DNA of 64,000 nucleotides from an uncultured Acidobacteriota bacterium (GCA_963843575.1 CAWJKZ010000016.1:32001-96000), one strand, 5' to 3'. Positions 10,635 to 21,647 are shown, numbered from the stretch's first letter. Translations and numbers: made by a program. The notes: generated by a model from the letters alone, not told the origin.

Positions 10635-10742
10635 GAACGCCTTCAGAACGTCCGCCCTCCGTGCTTCCGGGACTGCCGGCTGAAAATTTCCTTCCACAGA
10701 ACGCTCTGCAGAACGCTCCCGGAACGCCACGGGTTCTACACT
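10635..10742 (+). promoter_or_regulatory. Putative SARP operator (GAACG direct repeats) and -10 box of the FAD oxidase gene
   Basis: GAACG(C/T) at 10635, 10646, 10699, 10711 and 10722 (11-12 bp spacing within each group); TACACT at 10737-10742, 8 bp after the last heptamer. Confidence 0.6.
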
Positions 10743-10781
10743 CTCGACTGCAAGGTAAGAAATCAGGAGAGGAGTGAACCC

Positions 10782-12167
10782 ATGTTGAACAAAGAGAAGA
10801 TCCAGGAACTGAGATCCAAACTGGCCGGTGAGCTGATTGAACCCGGCGAAGCGCGCTACGACGGCGCCCGGAAAGTGTACAACGCGATGATCGACCGGCA
10901 CCCTCGCATCATTGCCCGCTGCGCCGACGTCGCAGACGTCATCGCCGCGATCGATTTCGCCCGGAGCAATGGCCTGCTGGTCTCCATCAGGGGAGGAGGG
11001 CACAACGCGGGAGGGCTTGGCGTGTGCGACGACGGGCTGGTGATCGACCTCTCGCTCATCCGCTACACCCATGTCGATCCCGAAAACAAAACCGTGCGGG
11101 TGGGCGGGGGGGCCACGTGGCGCGAAGTCGATCACGCTACCCACGCCTTCGGGTTGGCAGTCCCCACCGGGATCATCTCGAGCACCGGCGTGGGAGGCCT
11201 CACGCTGGGGGGAGGTCTTGGGCACCTCACGAGGAGCTGCGGCCTGACGATCGACAACCTGGTTTCGGCCGACCTGGTGCTGGCAGACGGCAGGTTCGTG
11301 ACCGCGAACGAGTGGCGCAACGAAGACCTCTTCTGGGCTATACGCGGTGGGGGCGGAAACTTCGGCGTCGTCACATCCTTCGTGTTCAAGGCTCACCCGG
11401 TGCACACCGACTACGCGGGACCGATGCTCTGGCATCTGGACCGGGCCGCGGACGTGATGAAGTGGTACCGCCAGTTCATCGCCACCGCATCGGAGGAGAT
11501 CACGGGCTTCTTCGCCTTCATGACGGTGCCCCCGGGACCGCCCTTCCCGGAGCAGCTTCACCTTAAAAAGATGTGCGCGATAGTCTGGTGTTACACCGGA
11601 CCGCTCGAGAAAGCGGAACAGGTGTTCCAGCCCGTGCGCGCCCAGCTGCGGCCGGAGCTGGACCTGGTGGGGCCGCTGCCGCACCCCGCCCTGCAGGGCA
11701 TGTTCGACCCGATCTACCCGCCCGGCTTGCAGTGGTACTGGAAGGCCGACTTCGTCAACGAACTGAGCGACGAGGCGATCGCGCTGCACGTGAAGCACGG
11801 ATCCGAGTTGCCCTCCATGTGGTCCACCATGCACCTGTACCCGATCAACGGGGCTGCGCGCCGCGTCGGGAATCACGAGACGGCCTGGAGCTACCGCGAA
11901 AGCACGTGGGCCGAGGTCATCGTCGGCGTGGACCCCGATCCGAAAAACAAGGATCGCATCAGCGAGTGGGCGCGCCGGTATTGGGAGGCCCTGCATCCCT
12001 ATTCGGCCGGCGGCGCCTATGTCAATTTCATGATGGAGGAGGGCGACGACCGCATCAGGGCGACGTACCGCGACAACTACGAGCGGCTGGCCGGGATCAA
12101 GGCAAAGTACGACCCGACCAACTTCTTTCGCGTCAACCAGAACATCAAACCCGCGACGGCCGCGTGA
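10782..12167 (+). CDS. FAD-binding oxidoreductase (FAD_binding_4 + BBE domain)
   Basis: ATG 10782 after GGAGAGGAG; RGGGHN covalent-FAD motif, GVGGLTLGGG, DLFWAIRGGGGNFGVVTSF, AYVNF, KAKYDPTNFFRVNQNI. Confidence 0.9.
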   Translation: MLNKEKIQELRSKLAGELIEPGEARYDGARKVYNAMIDRHPRIIARCADVADVIAAIDFARSNGLLVSIRGGGHNAGGLGVCDDGLVIDLSLIRYTHVDPENKTVRVGGGATWREVDHATHAFGLAVPTGIISSTGVGGLTLGGGLGHLTRSCGLTIDNLVSADLVLADGRFVTANEWRNEDLFWAIRGGGGNFGVVTSFVFKAHPVHTDYAGPMLWHLDRAADVMKWYRQFIATASEEITGFFAFMTVPPGPPFPEQLHLKKMCAIVWCYTGPLEKAEQVFQPVRAQLRPELDLVGPLPHPALQGMFDPIYPPGLQWYWKADFVNELSDEAIALHVKHGSELPSMWSTMHLYPINGAARRVGNHETAWSYRESTWAEVIVGVDPDPKNKDRISEWARRYWEALHPYSAGGAYVNFMMEEGDDRIRATYRDNYERLAGIKAKYDPTNFFRVNQNIKPATAA

Positions 12168-12807
12168 AAGACAGGGGCAGCCGCAAAACGATTTCGGTTT
12201 GTGGCTGCCCCTTCTCCAGGCGCGCAACTGCGCCTGCGGGTCAGGGGGCGCCGCGACGGCTTGATCGCCTGATTGCCGGTGTGCCGCCACTGGCGGTCGT
12301 AGCCAGCCGGGAGAGGACGGGCAAGACAGGCTGCCACACCCGAGCACCGTCACGCACTGGACGTGCGACGCCCCGGGTCGCGTCGACGCGGTCCGTCGAG
12401 CGGATCGCGATGCGCGAGCCCAGCGGGAGCGAGACCGTGGAGCGCCGGACGTCGGCTGACGACGACGGCGCGCCCTCAAAATAGAAGTCGGGTGGACCGC
12501 CGTGGCGTGACATTACCCGGGGGGGGGCCGCTCCGGCACAGGGATCCGTTTCTGGCTGGAGGCCTGCGAGAGAATTCCTTCTCCGGCAAGATCGTCCCGG
12601 GCGTAGAATCCTGCCAGTAATCGGCCCAGGGTGCGGAGCAGTCCCGACGGGCGCTGCGAAGGTGACCGCGGCCCCGTTCACAAGCCCCCGGCGCCCTCGG
12701 GGTCTGAACGCATCTCATTGGGTTGCGCAGTGCGGCTCTGCGTCGACAGCGCGGCAGTCGAGCGCTATTGACGCGGGTGCGAAACAACCCGAATTCGAGG
12801 CGTAACG

Positions 12808-13578
12808 ATGACGCTGGCAACGGGTGCTCGCCTCGGACCCTACGAGATCGTGACCCCCCTGGGCGCCGGCGGCATGGGCGAAGTGTACAAAGCGTGCGAC
12901 ACCCGCCTCGGCCGCAACGTGGCGGTCAAGGTGCTGCCCACGCACCTCTCGGCGAATCCCGAGGTCCGTGCCCGGTTCGAGCGCGAGGCGCGGGCGATTT
13001 CCCAGCTCAACCACCCTCACATCTGCTCCCTTCACGACATCGGCCGGCAGGGTGATATCGATTTCCTGGTGATGGAGTACCTGGAGGGACAGACGCTGGC
13101 TGCGCGTCTCGAGAAGGGGCCGCTTCCGCTTCCGGAAGTGCTGCGCTATGGAGTCGAGATGGCGAACGCGCTGGATTGCGCGCATCGCAACGGGATCGTG
13201 CACCGCGACCTGAAGCCTGAAAACATCATGCTGACCAAGGGCGGGGCGAAGCTGATGGACTTCGGTCTTGCACGCCCTTCCCGACTGGCGCCGGTGGCCG
13301 GGGGGCCGAGCGAATCGCCGACGGGGAGCCGTCCGATCACGACGGAAGGCGCGATCGTCGGAACGTTTCAGTACATGGCGCCGGAGCAGCTGGAAGGGAA
13401 GCAGGCGGACGCGCGAACGGACCTGTGGGCACTGGGCTGCGTGCTGTACGAAATGGCGACCGGGAGGCGGGCAGGCGTGCGCGTGTCCAATTTTCACACC
13501 ACGCGCGATGCACGCAGCTACGCTTACGGCTACCTGCGGGTCCTCGACGAGCTCTATCTCGTGGAGGGCCTGAGATAG
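12808..13578 (+). pseudogene. Ser/Thr protein kinase with a large in-frame internal deletion
   Basis: LGAGGMGEVYKA, VAVKVL, HRDLKPEN, DFGLA, GTFQYMAPEQ, DLWALGCVLYEMATG, then an abrupt switch to ...SYAYGYLRVLDELYLVEGLR*; subdomains X-XI are missing. Confidence 0.75.
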
Positions 13579-13891
13579 GGACTGTTGCATCGTGCGGAGG
13601 GCAGGCACAACCCCGGGCGCCCCTCCGCATGAACAGGGCGTGAGCCCGCAGGCAACATCGTTTGGAAGGCAAGGGACCTCACGTTGAACGCCGCTCACTC
13701 CCGGAATCCCCGCGAGAACCTCGGCCGCAACGAGGCGATCTCCCGTTCCCGGAGCGACGACGTGTCCGCCGCCAACCCGTCCCGGTGTAAAATCAAAGGC
13801 CGCGACGATACGAGGTCCTCCGAAGTGCGGTCGGAGCGGTGTCGCTAACCACCGTCACCGCGTTTCCTCGCGTCCACGGGCTAGGAAGGCG

Positions 13892-14790
13892 ATGCCAATG
13901 GTGGTCGGGATGGTCGGGAACATACAGCGGTACTCGCTGCAAGACGGGCCCGGGATCCGCACGACCGTCTTTCTCAAGGGGTGCCCGCTGCGGTGCCGCT
14001 GGTGCCACAACCCAGAGTCGCGGTCGCCCGAGCCGGAGATCATCGTCCACGAGGCGCGCTGCGCGCGCTGCGGCGAGTGCGCAGACGTTTGCCCGACGGG
14101 GGCGGCCGAGCCCGGGAGCGCAGCCGGGGCGGCGTGCGCACGGTGCGGCGCCTGCGTGGAGGCCTGTCCGACCGGCGCGCGCAGCGCGACCGGCAGACCG
14201 ATGGCCGTCGAAGCCGTGATGACGGAATTGCAGAAGGACACGGTTTTCTTCGACGAGTCCGGGGGCGGGGTCACGATTTCCGGGGGCGAGCCGTTGATGC
14301 AGCCGGCGTTCCTCGGCGCGCTGCTCCTCGCGTGCCGCGGCCGCGGCCTCCACACGGCCGTGGACACCTGCGGCTACGCGCCGCTCGAGGATCTGCTCGA
14401 GGCCGCGCGGGCGGCCGACCTGTTCCTCTACGACCTGAAGTTCGCGGACGACGCGCTCCACCTGCGGTATACCGGGGTCTCCAACGCGCCGATCCTGGCT
14501 AACCTCGAGGCGCTGGCGCAGGCCCACGGCCAGATATGGCTGCGGATCCCGCTCATCCCCGGCGTCAACGACGGCGACGGCGAGCTGGACGCCATGGCCC
14601 GGCTCGCCCGCTCCCTCCCGGCCGTGCGCCGGGTGAACCTCATCCCTTATCACAGGGCCGGCATCGCGAAGTACGGCCGGCTCGGCCGGGATTGCCCGCT
14701 CGCGGAAATCGTCCCCCCGGCCCCGACCGGCTCGAGGCCGCGGCGGCGCGGTTCAGGGCCTTTGGCGTGCACGCACAACCCGGAGGTTGA
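13892..14790 (+). CDS. Glycyl-radical enzyme activating enzyme (radical SAM with ferredoxin insert); one frameshift near 14715-14725
   Basis: [33 protein letters not shown], two CxxCxxCxxxCP motifs, [19 protein letters not shown]. The natural C-terminus ([21 protein letters not shown]) continues in another frame after a C-run. Confidence 0.88.
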
Positions 14791-14795
14791 ATCCA

Positions 14796-17159
14796 GTGAA
14801 CGCTCGAACCGCAAGACTCAGGCAGCAGAGCCTGGATGCGAAACCCTCGATATCGCCCGAGCGCGCCGTCCTGATCACCGACTTCTACCGGGCCAACGAG
14901 GGACGCTATTCGGTCCCCGTGATGCGCGCGCGGGCCTTTCACTGGCTCTGCGAACGCAAGAGCGTCTTCATCGGGGACGGCGAGCTCATCGTCGGCGAAC
15001 GCGGCCCGGCGCCCAAGCAGGTCCCGACGTTCCCGGAACTGACCTGCCACAGCCTTGAAGATCTGGAGATACTCGACAGCCGCCCCAAGACCAGCTACGC
15101 CGTCGACGCCGCCTGCCTGGCGGCCTACCGGGACCGCGTCATCCCGTACTGGCGCGGCCGCAGCATGCGGGACCGCATCTTCGACCAGATGGCTCCCGAG
15201 TGGCGGCAGGCTTACGACGCCGGGATGTTCACGGAGTTCATGGAGCAGCGCGCCCCCGGCCACACGGTCCTGGACGGCAAGATCTACGGCAAGGGGATAA
15301 CCGGCTTCAAAGAGGACATCGCCCGGGCGATCGGCGCCCTCGATTTCATGGCAGATCCTGCCGCCTGGGAAAAGAGGGAAGAGCTGCGGGCGATGGAGAT
15401 CGCCTGCGACGCCCTGGTCCTGTACGCGGAACGGCACGCGGAGCTGGCGCGCGTCAGGGCGGCCCATGAGCCCGACGCCTCGCGGCGCGCCGAACTGCTC
15501 CGGATCGCCGAGGTTTGCACCCACGTTCCGGCGCGCCCGCCGCGCGATTTCCACGACGCCCTGCAGCACTACTGGTTCTGCCACCTCGCCGTGATCACCG
15601 AACTCAACGGGTGGGACGCCTTCAACCCCGGGCACCTGGATCACCACCTTGCCTCCTTCTACCGCCAGGGCCTCGCGGCCGGCACCCTGACGCCCGACGC
15701 GGCGCGGGAGCTGCTCGAGGCCTTCTTCATCAAGTTCAACAACCACCCGGCCCCGCCGAAGGTCGGGGTGACGGCGGCCGAGAGCGGGACCTACACCGAC
15801 TTCGCCAACATCAACATCGGCGGGCTGCTCGCCGACGGCTCCGACGGCTCCAACGAGATCTCCCACATGCTGCTCGACATCGTCGACGACATGCACCTGC
15901 TGCAGCCGAGCACCAACATCCAGCTCTCGCGCAAAAACCCCGACGCTCTCCTGAAACACGCGCTGCGTGTCGTCCGCAAGGGCTTCGGCTTCCCCTCGGT
16001 GTTCAACGCCGACGCCGTCGTCGCGGAGCAGCTCAGGCAGGGGAAGACGCTCGAGGACGCGCGGGCCGGCGGCTGCAGCGGGTGCGTCGAGGTCGGCGCG
16101 TTCGGGAAGGAAGCCTATATCCTCACGGGCTACTTCAACCTCGTCAAGGCGCTCGAGCTTGCCTTGCACGACGGCGTCGACCCGCGCTCCGGGACAAGGG
16201 TCGGGGTGGGGAGCGGCGCGGCCGGGTCCCTGCGGAGCTTCGACGACGTTTTCCTGGCCTTCGAAAACCAGCTGCGCCACTTCGTCCGCGTCAAGATCGC
16301 CGGAAACCGGCTCATCGAGCAGATGTACGCGCGGCTCATGCCCGCGCCCTTCCTGTCGGTCCTCACCGACGACTGCATCTCCAGGGGCGTGGACTACAAC
16401 GCGGGCGGCGCGCGCTACAACAACACGTTCATTCAGCTCGTCGGCATCGCCAGCCTCACCGACAGTCTCTCGGCCATCAGGCAACTCGTGTTCGAGGAGC
16501 GTCTCCTGGCGCTGGAGGACCTGGTCGCGGCGCTCGACGCCGACTTCGCGGGGAACGAGCCCCTTCGGCTGCGCATGGTCAACCGTACCCACAGGTACGG
16601 CAACGACGACGACTTCGCCGACGAAATCATGGTGCGGGCGTTCCGGGCGTGCTTCGACGCGATCGACGGCCTCCCGGACTCCCGCGGCGGGAGGTACCGC
16701 ATCGAGATGCTCCCCACCACCTGCCACGTCTACTTCGGCTCCGTCACCGGCGCGACGCCCGACGGGCGCCAGGCCGGGCTTCCCCTGTCCGAAGGGATCT
16801 CCCCGGTGCAGGGTGCCGACCGCCACGGGCCGACCGCCGTCATCAAGTCCGCCGCCAAGATGGACCACCTGAAGACGGGCGGGACCCTCCTCAACATGAA
16901 ATTCACGCCGTCGCTCGTGGCCGGGGAGGACGGCATCGCCAAGTGGGCCAACCTGGTCCGGGCCTACTTCAGATCGGACGGGCACCACGTCCAGTTCAAC
17001 GTCGTCCGGGCCGCCACCTTGCGCGAGGCGCAGACGGCCCCGGAAAAGCACCGCGACCTCATCGTCCGGGTCGCCGGCTACAGCGACTACTTCTGCGACC
17101 TGTCGCCCGAGCTGCAGGAGGAGATCATCGCCCGCACCGAGCACGATGCCCTGCAGTAG
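14796..17159 (+). CDS. hypD: Glycyl radical enzyme, trans-4-hydroxy-L-proline dehydratase-like
   Basis: [36 protein letters not shown], Cys loop [21 protein letters not shown] and Gly loop RVAGYS match the HypD signature as I recall it. Probable GTG start 14796 after GGAGG. Confidence 0.85.
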   Translation: MNARTARLRQQSLDAKPSISPERAVLITDFYRANEGRYSVPVMRARAFHWLCERKSVFIGDGELIVGERGPAPKQVPTFPELTCHSLEDLEILDSRPKTSYAVDAACLAAYRDRVIPYWRGRSMRDRIFDQMAPEWRQAYDAGMFTEFMEQRAPGHTVLDGKIYGKGITGFKEDIARAIGALDFMADPAAWEKREELRAMEIACDALVLYAERHAELARVRAAHEPDASRRAELLRIAEVCTHVPARPPRDFHDALQHYWFCHLAVITELNGWDAFNPGHLDHHLASFYRQGLAAGTLTPDAARELLEAFFIKFNNHPAPPKVGVTAAESGTYTDFANINIGGLLADGSDGSNEISHMLLDIVDDMHLLQPSTNIQLSRKNPDALLKHALRVVRKGFGFPSVFNADAVVAEQLRQGKTLEDARAGGCSGCVEVGAFGKEAYILTGYFNLVKALELALHDGVDPRSGTRVGVGSGAAGSLRSFDDVFLAFENQLRHFVRVKIAGNRLIEQMYARLMPAPFLSVLTDDCISRGVDYNAGGARYNNTFIQLVGIASLTDSLSAIRQLVFEERLLALEDLVAALDADFAGNEPLRLRMVNRTHRYGNDDDFADEIMVRAFRACFDAIDGLPDSRGGRYRIEMLPTTCHVYFGSVTGATPDGRQAGLPLSEGISPVQGADRHGPTAVIKSAAKMDHLKTGGTLLNMKFTPSLVAGEDGIAKWANLVRAYFRSDGHHVQFNVVRAATLREAQTAPEKHRDLIVRVAGYSDYFCDLSPELQEEIIARTEHDALQ

Positions 17160-17264
17160 CGCCGCAGTCGACACAGTGAACACCTTCGGAGTTCACCTGC
17201 GACCGGCACAGGTGGTACCCTAGAGGGCGACAGTGCGCCACCCGGCTGTCTCCAGGAGAACGCG

Positions 17265-18005
17265 ATGAAATGTGCCCGCAGGCTGGCGGCTACGGCCGCG
17301 CCGCTGATGTTGCTCTTCGTCACAGCCGTCCCACGCCCCGCCCACGCCCAGTTGCAGCTATTCCACAGGTCGTGGGAGGTGTCGTTTTTCGGCGGCGGCA
17401 GTTTCCTCGGCGAACGGTCCTACCCGACGGCCGTCACGGGCTCGGCCACGGCGTCGGTGCGCGACGTCGGGCTGCGCTACGGGTCCGGCTACCTCGTCGG
17501 GGCGAGCGTCACGCAAAAGCTCTCGCGCCACGCGGGGGCCAGCCTGGAATACACCTTCGCCAACCAGCCGCTCGAGTTTGCCGCTCTCCTCGACCAGCCG
17601 GCGTCGCTCGGGATGAGTCACTCCATCCACAGGGTTGCCTACGACCTGACCTACTATCCGCTGGATCCCTACGCGAGGATCCGACCTTACGCGTTCGCCG
17701 GCCCGGGCCTGTCGTTGTTTCGCGCCACCCGGAAATCCGTCGCCGAAGGCTCCGCCCCTGACACGCGGCTGAGCAGCTCCTGGAAGGCTACGGTAAACTG
17801 GGGCGGCGGCGTCAAATACCTCCTCATGGATCACTGGGCGGCCTCCCTGCAGTTCACCGACTCCGTATCCGGAGTCCCCGGGTACGGGTTGCCTTCGACT
17901 GCCGCCGCTTCCGGCGGCTCGCTCGTTCCCGGTTTCCGGCCAAAAGGGTTCCTGCACGACAAGATCGTGACCCTCGGTATCGTCTACCAGTGGGACGACC
18001 GGTGA
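17265..18005 (+). CDS. Outer-membrane beta-barrel protein (OmpA/OmpW-like 8-strand)
   Basis: Signal peptide (AHA-Q), amphipathic strands WEVSFFGGGSF, IRPYAFAGPG, VNWGGGVKY, terminal LGIVYQW. Confidence 0.7.
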   Translation: MKCARRLAATAAPLMLLFVTAVPRPAHAQLQLFHRSWEVSFFGGGSFLGERSYPTAVTGSATASVRDVGLRYGSGYLVGASVTQKLSRHAGASLEYTFANQPLEFAALLDQPASLGMSHSIHRVAYDLTYYPLDPYARIRPYAFAGPGLSLFRATRKSVAEGSAPDTRLSSSWKATVNWGGGVKYLLMDHWAASLQFTDSVSGVPGYGLPSTAAASGGSLVPGFRPKGFLHDKIVTLGIVYQWDDR

Positions 18006-18147
18006 GGGCTTCGGCATCGGCCGGAGACCCCCCGAGCCAAGTGCGTTCCCGTCCAAACTCTTGAATCCAATTCTCCGGATGGGCGCCCTCACGCCGTGGT
18101 ATTCGCAAGGTTAATAGACTAGAGTACAATAACTTATAGTTTAGGCA

Positions 18148-18170
18148 CACTAAGTGCTAGCACCTTAGTG
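18148..18170. promoter_or_regulatory. Near-perfect palindrome in the AT-rich TBDR promoter region
   Basis: CACTAAGTGCTAGCAC(C)TTAGTG, immediately downstream of AT-rich 18110-18145 (TAGACT, TACAAT, TATAGT). Confidence 0.45.
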
Positions 18171-18259
18171 GCGTACCGCATTCTCCCCCCGGGTACGTCC
18201 TGGCATTTTGCCCCCCCGAGCTGCCCCCCAGCATCGAACCGCAATCTGAGGAGAAGAGT

Positions 18260-21200
18260 ATGTTGCAGAACCGTTATCGCAGGTTGCTGCTGGCGGTGAC
18301 AGCAGCACTTGCGATCACGCTATTGCCTGCGGGACTGGCGCTGGCGCAGAGCCAGAACGGGACCCTGAGGGGAATAGTGAAGGACACGTCAAGCGAGGTC
18401 ATCCCAGGCGCCACCGTGACCACCGTCAACGAAGCCACGAACGACAGCCGGACGATGGCGAGCACGTTGGACGGGACATTCAATTTCCCCGGTCTCCAGC
18501 TGGGCGATTACACGCTGACGGTGGAGCTGGCCGGGTTCAGCAAGTACGTCCAGACGCACGTGTCTGTGAAGGCCAACCAGGTGACGGACGTGACCGCCAC
18601 GATGCAGCTCGGCCAGGTGACCAACACGGTCGAGGTCACGTCGGGTTCCGACATGGTTCAGACAAGCACCACGCAGGCCGGCGGCACGATCCGTGACCAG
18701 GCCGTGGAAGAGGTGCCGAATCCCACACTGGACGGCTCACCTCTGAACCTGGCGATCATTTTCCCGAACACCACTACCATGCCGGGTGGTGTGGCAGGGC
18801 AGGGTGGCTCGGTTGGTGGGAACCGTCCGCGCAACAACAACTTCACCATCGACGGGGTCGACAACAACGACGTCAGCCTGACGGGCCCGCTCGCTCCAGT
18901 TATCCAGGACGCTGTTTCCGAGTTCAACCTGCTGACCAACATGTTCAGCGCCGAGTTCGGGCATTCGACCGCAGGTCAGTTCAATATCCTGACGAAGTCC
19001 GGCACGAACGATATCCATGGGAATGCTTTCGTATTCGGGCAGAACAAGAAACTCAACGCGTACGACAATCTGACCAAGGCCGCGATTTCCGACCGGCTCG
19101 CGTCCGGGCTGCCGGCAAAACCGAGATACGACTTCGCCCGGGTGGGCGGCACCGTCGGGTTCCCGGTGATCCGCGACAAGTTCTTCATGTTCGGGGCGTA
19201 CCAGTACCAGACGCGCGGACGGGAAGCGACGGGTGTTTCCGTCCTGGCCCCTACCGCTGCCGGTCTGTCCACTCTCAACTCCCAGGCTGCAAATGATGTC
19301 GTCCGAGGATATCTGGCCCAGTTCCCCATCGCCAGCACAGCGACAGACTCGGTCTTTGTCAACGGTCAGGCAATCCCGGTCGGAACCTTCCAGGCCTTCG
19401 CGCCCGACTATTTCAACCAGCACGACTTTCAGATCAACGCGGATTACAATGCGGGATCTCACCAGCTGCGCGGCCGTTTCCTCTACGACCGCTATCGGGC
19501 GCCGTGGATCAATCCCAACCTGCCGCTGCCACAATTCACGGGCGACAATGCCGACGACAACCGCAAGGTCGCGTTCACGGATGTCTGGACCATCAACAGC
19601 CGCTGGGTGAACGACTTCCGGCTATCGTATTCACGTGATGTCAAGAGCTTCGGAGTTCCCTCGACGTTCGCCAACTTTCCAAACATCGAGATCAACACGC
19701 TCGGGCTCGATGTCGGGCCGGAAGCAAACGCTCCACAGTCCAGTATTCAGAACGCCTACCAGGCTCTCGACAACGTGGCCTGGACCAGAGGAAGCCACTC
19801 GTTGAAGTGGGGATTCGAATACAGGAACTGGATCGCGCCCTCGGACTTCCTTCCCCGCGAGCGCGGGGAGTGGAGTTACGTCGACTTCAGCCAATTCGTG
19901 AGCGACCTTGTGCCGACCGGGGGCAACGGAGCCCTGCGCGGCGCCGGGACCGGCTTCTTCGCCGGCAACCAGCAGGCTTTCTACACGTTCGCCCAGGACG
20001 ACTGGAAGGTCACGCCGCGTCTGACCCTTAACTTAGGCCTGCGGTACGAGTACGTCACAAATGCGCGGGACGCGAGTCTCCAGGCGCTGAATTCGATTGC
20101 CAGCGTGCCGGGACTGTTCGACTTCCGTGTGCCGAAAACTGACAAGAACAACTTCGGCCCGCGCATCGGCCTTGCATGGGATCCGTTCGGCACGGGGCGG
20201 ACCTCGATCCGCGCCGGCTTCGGCACGGCCTACGACGTTTCGTTCCAGAACCTCGTTACCCTGCAGCTGCCTCCGCAGTTGCAGACCGAGCAGAACGCCG
20301 GCCTGACCTGCTCTCTGCCCAACGCTCCCTCCTGGTGCGGTTCGGGTCAGGGATTCCTCGCGGGCGGCGGACTGCTCAGCGTAAATGTGCCTCCGACTAC
20401 GGTTGAGGAAGCCCGGGCAGCGACGCAGGCCATCATCGTGGACCAGCACGCCCCGAAGACATTCACCTGGATGCTGAGTGTCCAGCGCGAGTTCTTCAGG
20501 AGCTGGCAGGTCGAACTCAGGTACCTGGGCACGCGCGGCCTGAACCTCCCGGTTCAAATGCGGATGAACGCCATTTCGGTATTCGAGTCGCATCCGGAAC
20601 TCGCGCTGACCACCTATTTCGACCCGTCGCAGGTCCCCGCGAGTTTCCCGGAGACGGCGCCGACTCTCGAGGCATTCCAGAATGCCCAGGATCTGCGCTA
20701 TTCGAGCCTCGGGTTCGTCGGCGGTTTCGTAACAGCCTTCCAGCCCATAGGAAGTTCGATCTATCACGGCGGCGCGATTGACGTAAACCGCCGGCTGGCC
20801 AACCACGTCTTCCTGAAGGGAAGCTACACCTTCTCGAAGACGATCGACAATGCCACCAACGAGCTGTTCACGAGCCGGGTGAACCCGCGCAGACCGCAGG
20901 ATTCCTACAACATGCGGAACGAGCGCGGGCTCTCGGTATTGGACCGGCCGCACAAGTTCGCTATGGGATGGCTGGTCGAGGTTCCGAACCCGAATCTCGG
21001 GAACTCATTCCTCAACGAGATCGTCCATGGGTGGCAGATCAACGGCACGTACCTGGCCGAGTCCGGCCAGCCGATCACCCCTCTGTCACCCGTCGATACG
21101 ATGGGGACCTTTGACGCCGCGGGCGCGCGTGCCTTCGAGAATCCGAACGGCACTGTGCGGACAGGGAGCGATGTCAACTTCGTCCTGCGGAATCCGGTGA

Positions 21201-21604
21201 CAGGAGCCAGCTCCATCTGCAACCCGGCCACATCAGATTGCCCGGGATCCCAGGTGGTTGCTTATGTGGCTCAGAATCCGAGTGCGCGGTTCGTGGTCGC
21301 GCAGCCCGGCTCCTTCCCGAATTCGGGACGCAACATCCTGCGCGCCCCGGGGTTGAACAACTGGGACCTCTCGTTCTTCAAGAACACCTACCTCACGGAG
21401 ACCAGGTATGTCCAGTTCCGCGTGGAGCTGTTCAACGCGTTCAACCATCGCCAACCGGCCCTCGGTGCGGGTACGGTGTTCCAATTCACCGACAACGCCC
21501 TGAGCACGACATATGCCAACGCGGCCAGCCCGCTGTTTCTCAATGCGAGCCAGTTCAGCGGCGGAAACCGGTCGATCCAGCTCGCGCTGAAGTTCATGTT
21601 CTAG
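18260..21604 (+). CDS. TonB-dependent receptor, Oar-like, with N-terminal carboxypeptidase-regulatory-like domain
   Basis: Signal peptide, GTLRGIVKDTSSEVIPGATVT, NNFTIDGVDNND, FSAEFG, TKSGTN, QDDWKVTPRLTLNLGLRYE, FRVELFNAFN, terminal QLALKFMF. Confidence 0.9.
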   Translation: MLQNRYRRLLLAVTAALAITLLPAGLALAQSQNGTLRGIVKDTSSEVIPGATVTTVNEATNDSRTMASTLDGTFNFPGLQLGDYTLTVELAGFSKYVQTHVSVKANQVTDVTATMQLGQVTNTVEVTSGSDMVQTSTTQAGGTIRDQAVEEVPNPTLDGSPLNLAIIFPNTTTMPGGVAGQGGSVGGNRPRNNNFTIDGVDNNDVSLTGPLAPVIQDAVSEFNLLTNMFSAEFGHSTAGQFNILTKSGTNDIHGNAFVFGQNKKLNAYDNLTKAAISDRLASGLPAKPRYDFARVGGTVGFPVIRDKFFMFGAYQYQTRGREATGVSVLAPTAAGLSTLNSQAANDVVRGYLAQFPIASTATDSVFVNGQAIPVGTFQAFAPDYFNQHDFQINADYNAGSHQLRGRFLYDRYRAPWINPNLPLPQFTGDNADDNRKVAFTDVWTINSRWVNDFRLSYSRDVKSFGVPSTFANFPNIEINTLGLDVGPEANAPQSSIQNAYQALDNVAWTRGSHSLKWGFEYRNWIAPSDFLPRERGEWSYVDFSQFVSDLVPTGGNGALRGAGTGFFAGNQQAFYTFAQDDWKVTPRLTLNLGLRYEYVTNARDASLQALNSIASVPGLFDFRVPKTDKNNFGPRIGLAWDPFGTGRTSIRAGFGTAYDVSFQNLVTLQLPPQLQTEQNAGLTCSLPNAPSWCGSGQGFLAGGGLLSVNVPPTTVEEARAATQAIIVDQHAPKTFTWMLSVQREFFRSWQVELRYLGTRGLNLPVQMRMNAISVFESHPELALTTYFDPSQVPASFPETAPTLEAFQNAQDLRYSSLGFVGGFVTAFQPIGSSIYHGGAIDVNRRLANHVFLKGSYTFSKTIDNATNELFTSRVNPRRPQDSYNMRNERGLSVLDRPHKFAMGWLVEVPNPNLGNSFLNEIVHGWQINGTYLAESGQPITPLSPVDTMGTFDAAGARAFENPNGTVRTGSDVNFVLRNPVTGASSICNPATSDCPGSQVVAYVAQNPSARFVVAQPGSFPNSGRNILRAPGLNNWDLSFFKNTYLTETRYVQFRVELFNAFNHRQPALGAGTVFQFTDNALSTTYANAASPLFLNASQFSGGNRSIQLALKFMF

Positions 21605-21647
21605 TGACGCGGTGCACACGGGGAGACCCTCTCCGCGCGTGCGGAAT

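Noticed and set aside
12170-12800. Possible ncRNA or riboswitch in the 630-bp gap before the kinase
   Set aside because: GC-rich hairpins are present, but I recognise no riboswitch or ncRNA consensus; an Rfam search would be needed.
14705-14730. Programmed frameshift or phase variation in the GRE activase C-run
   Set aside because: The run is short, has no slippery heptamer context, and similar indels occur in four other genes, so assembly error is more parsimonious.
14796-17159. Pyruvate formate-lyase or choline TMA-lyase assignment
   Set aside because: It has a single-Cys SGCVE loop (PFL has CC), HypD-type substrate motifs, and no microcompartment genes.
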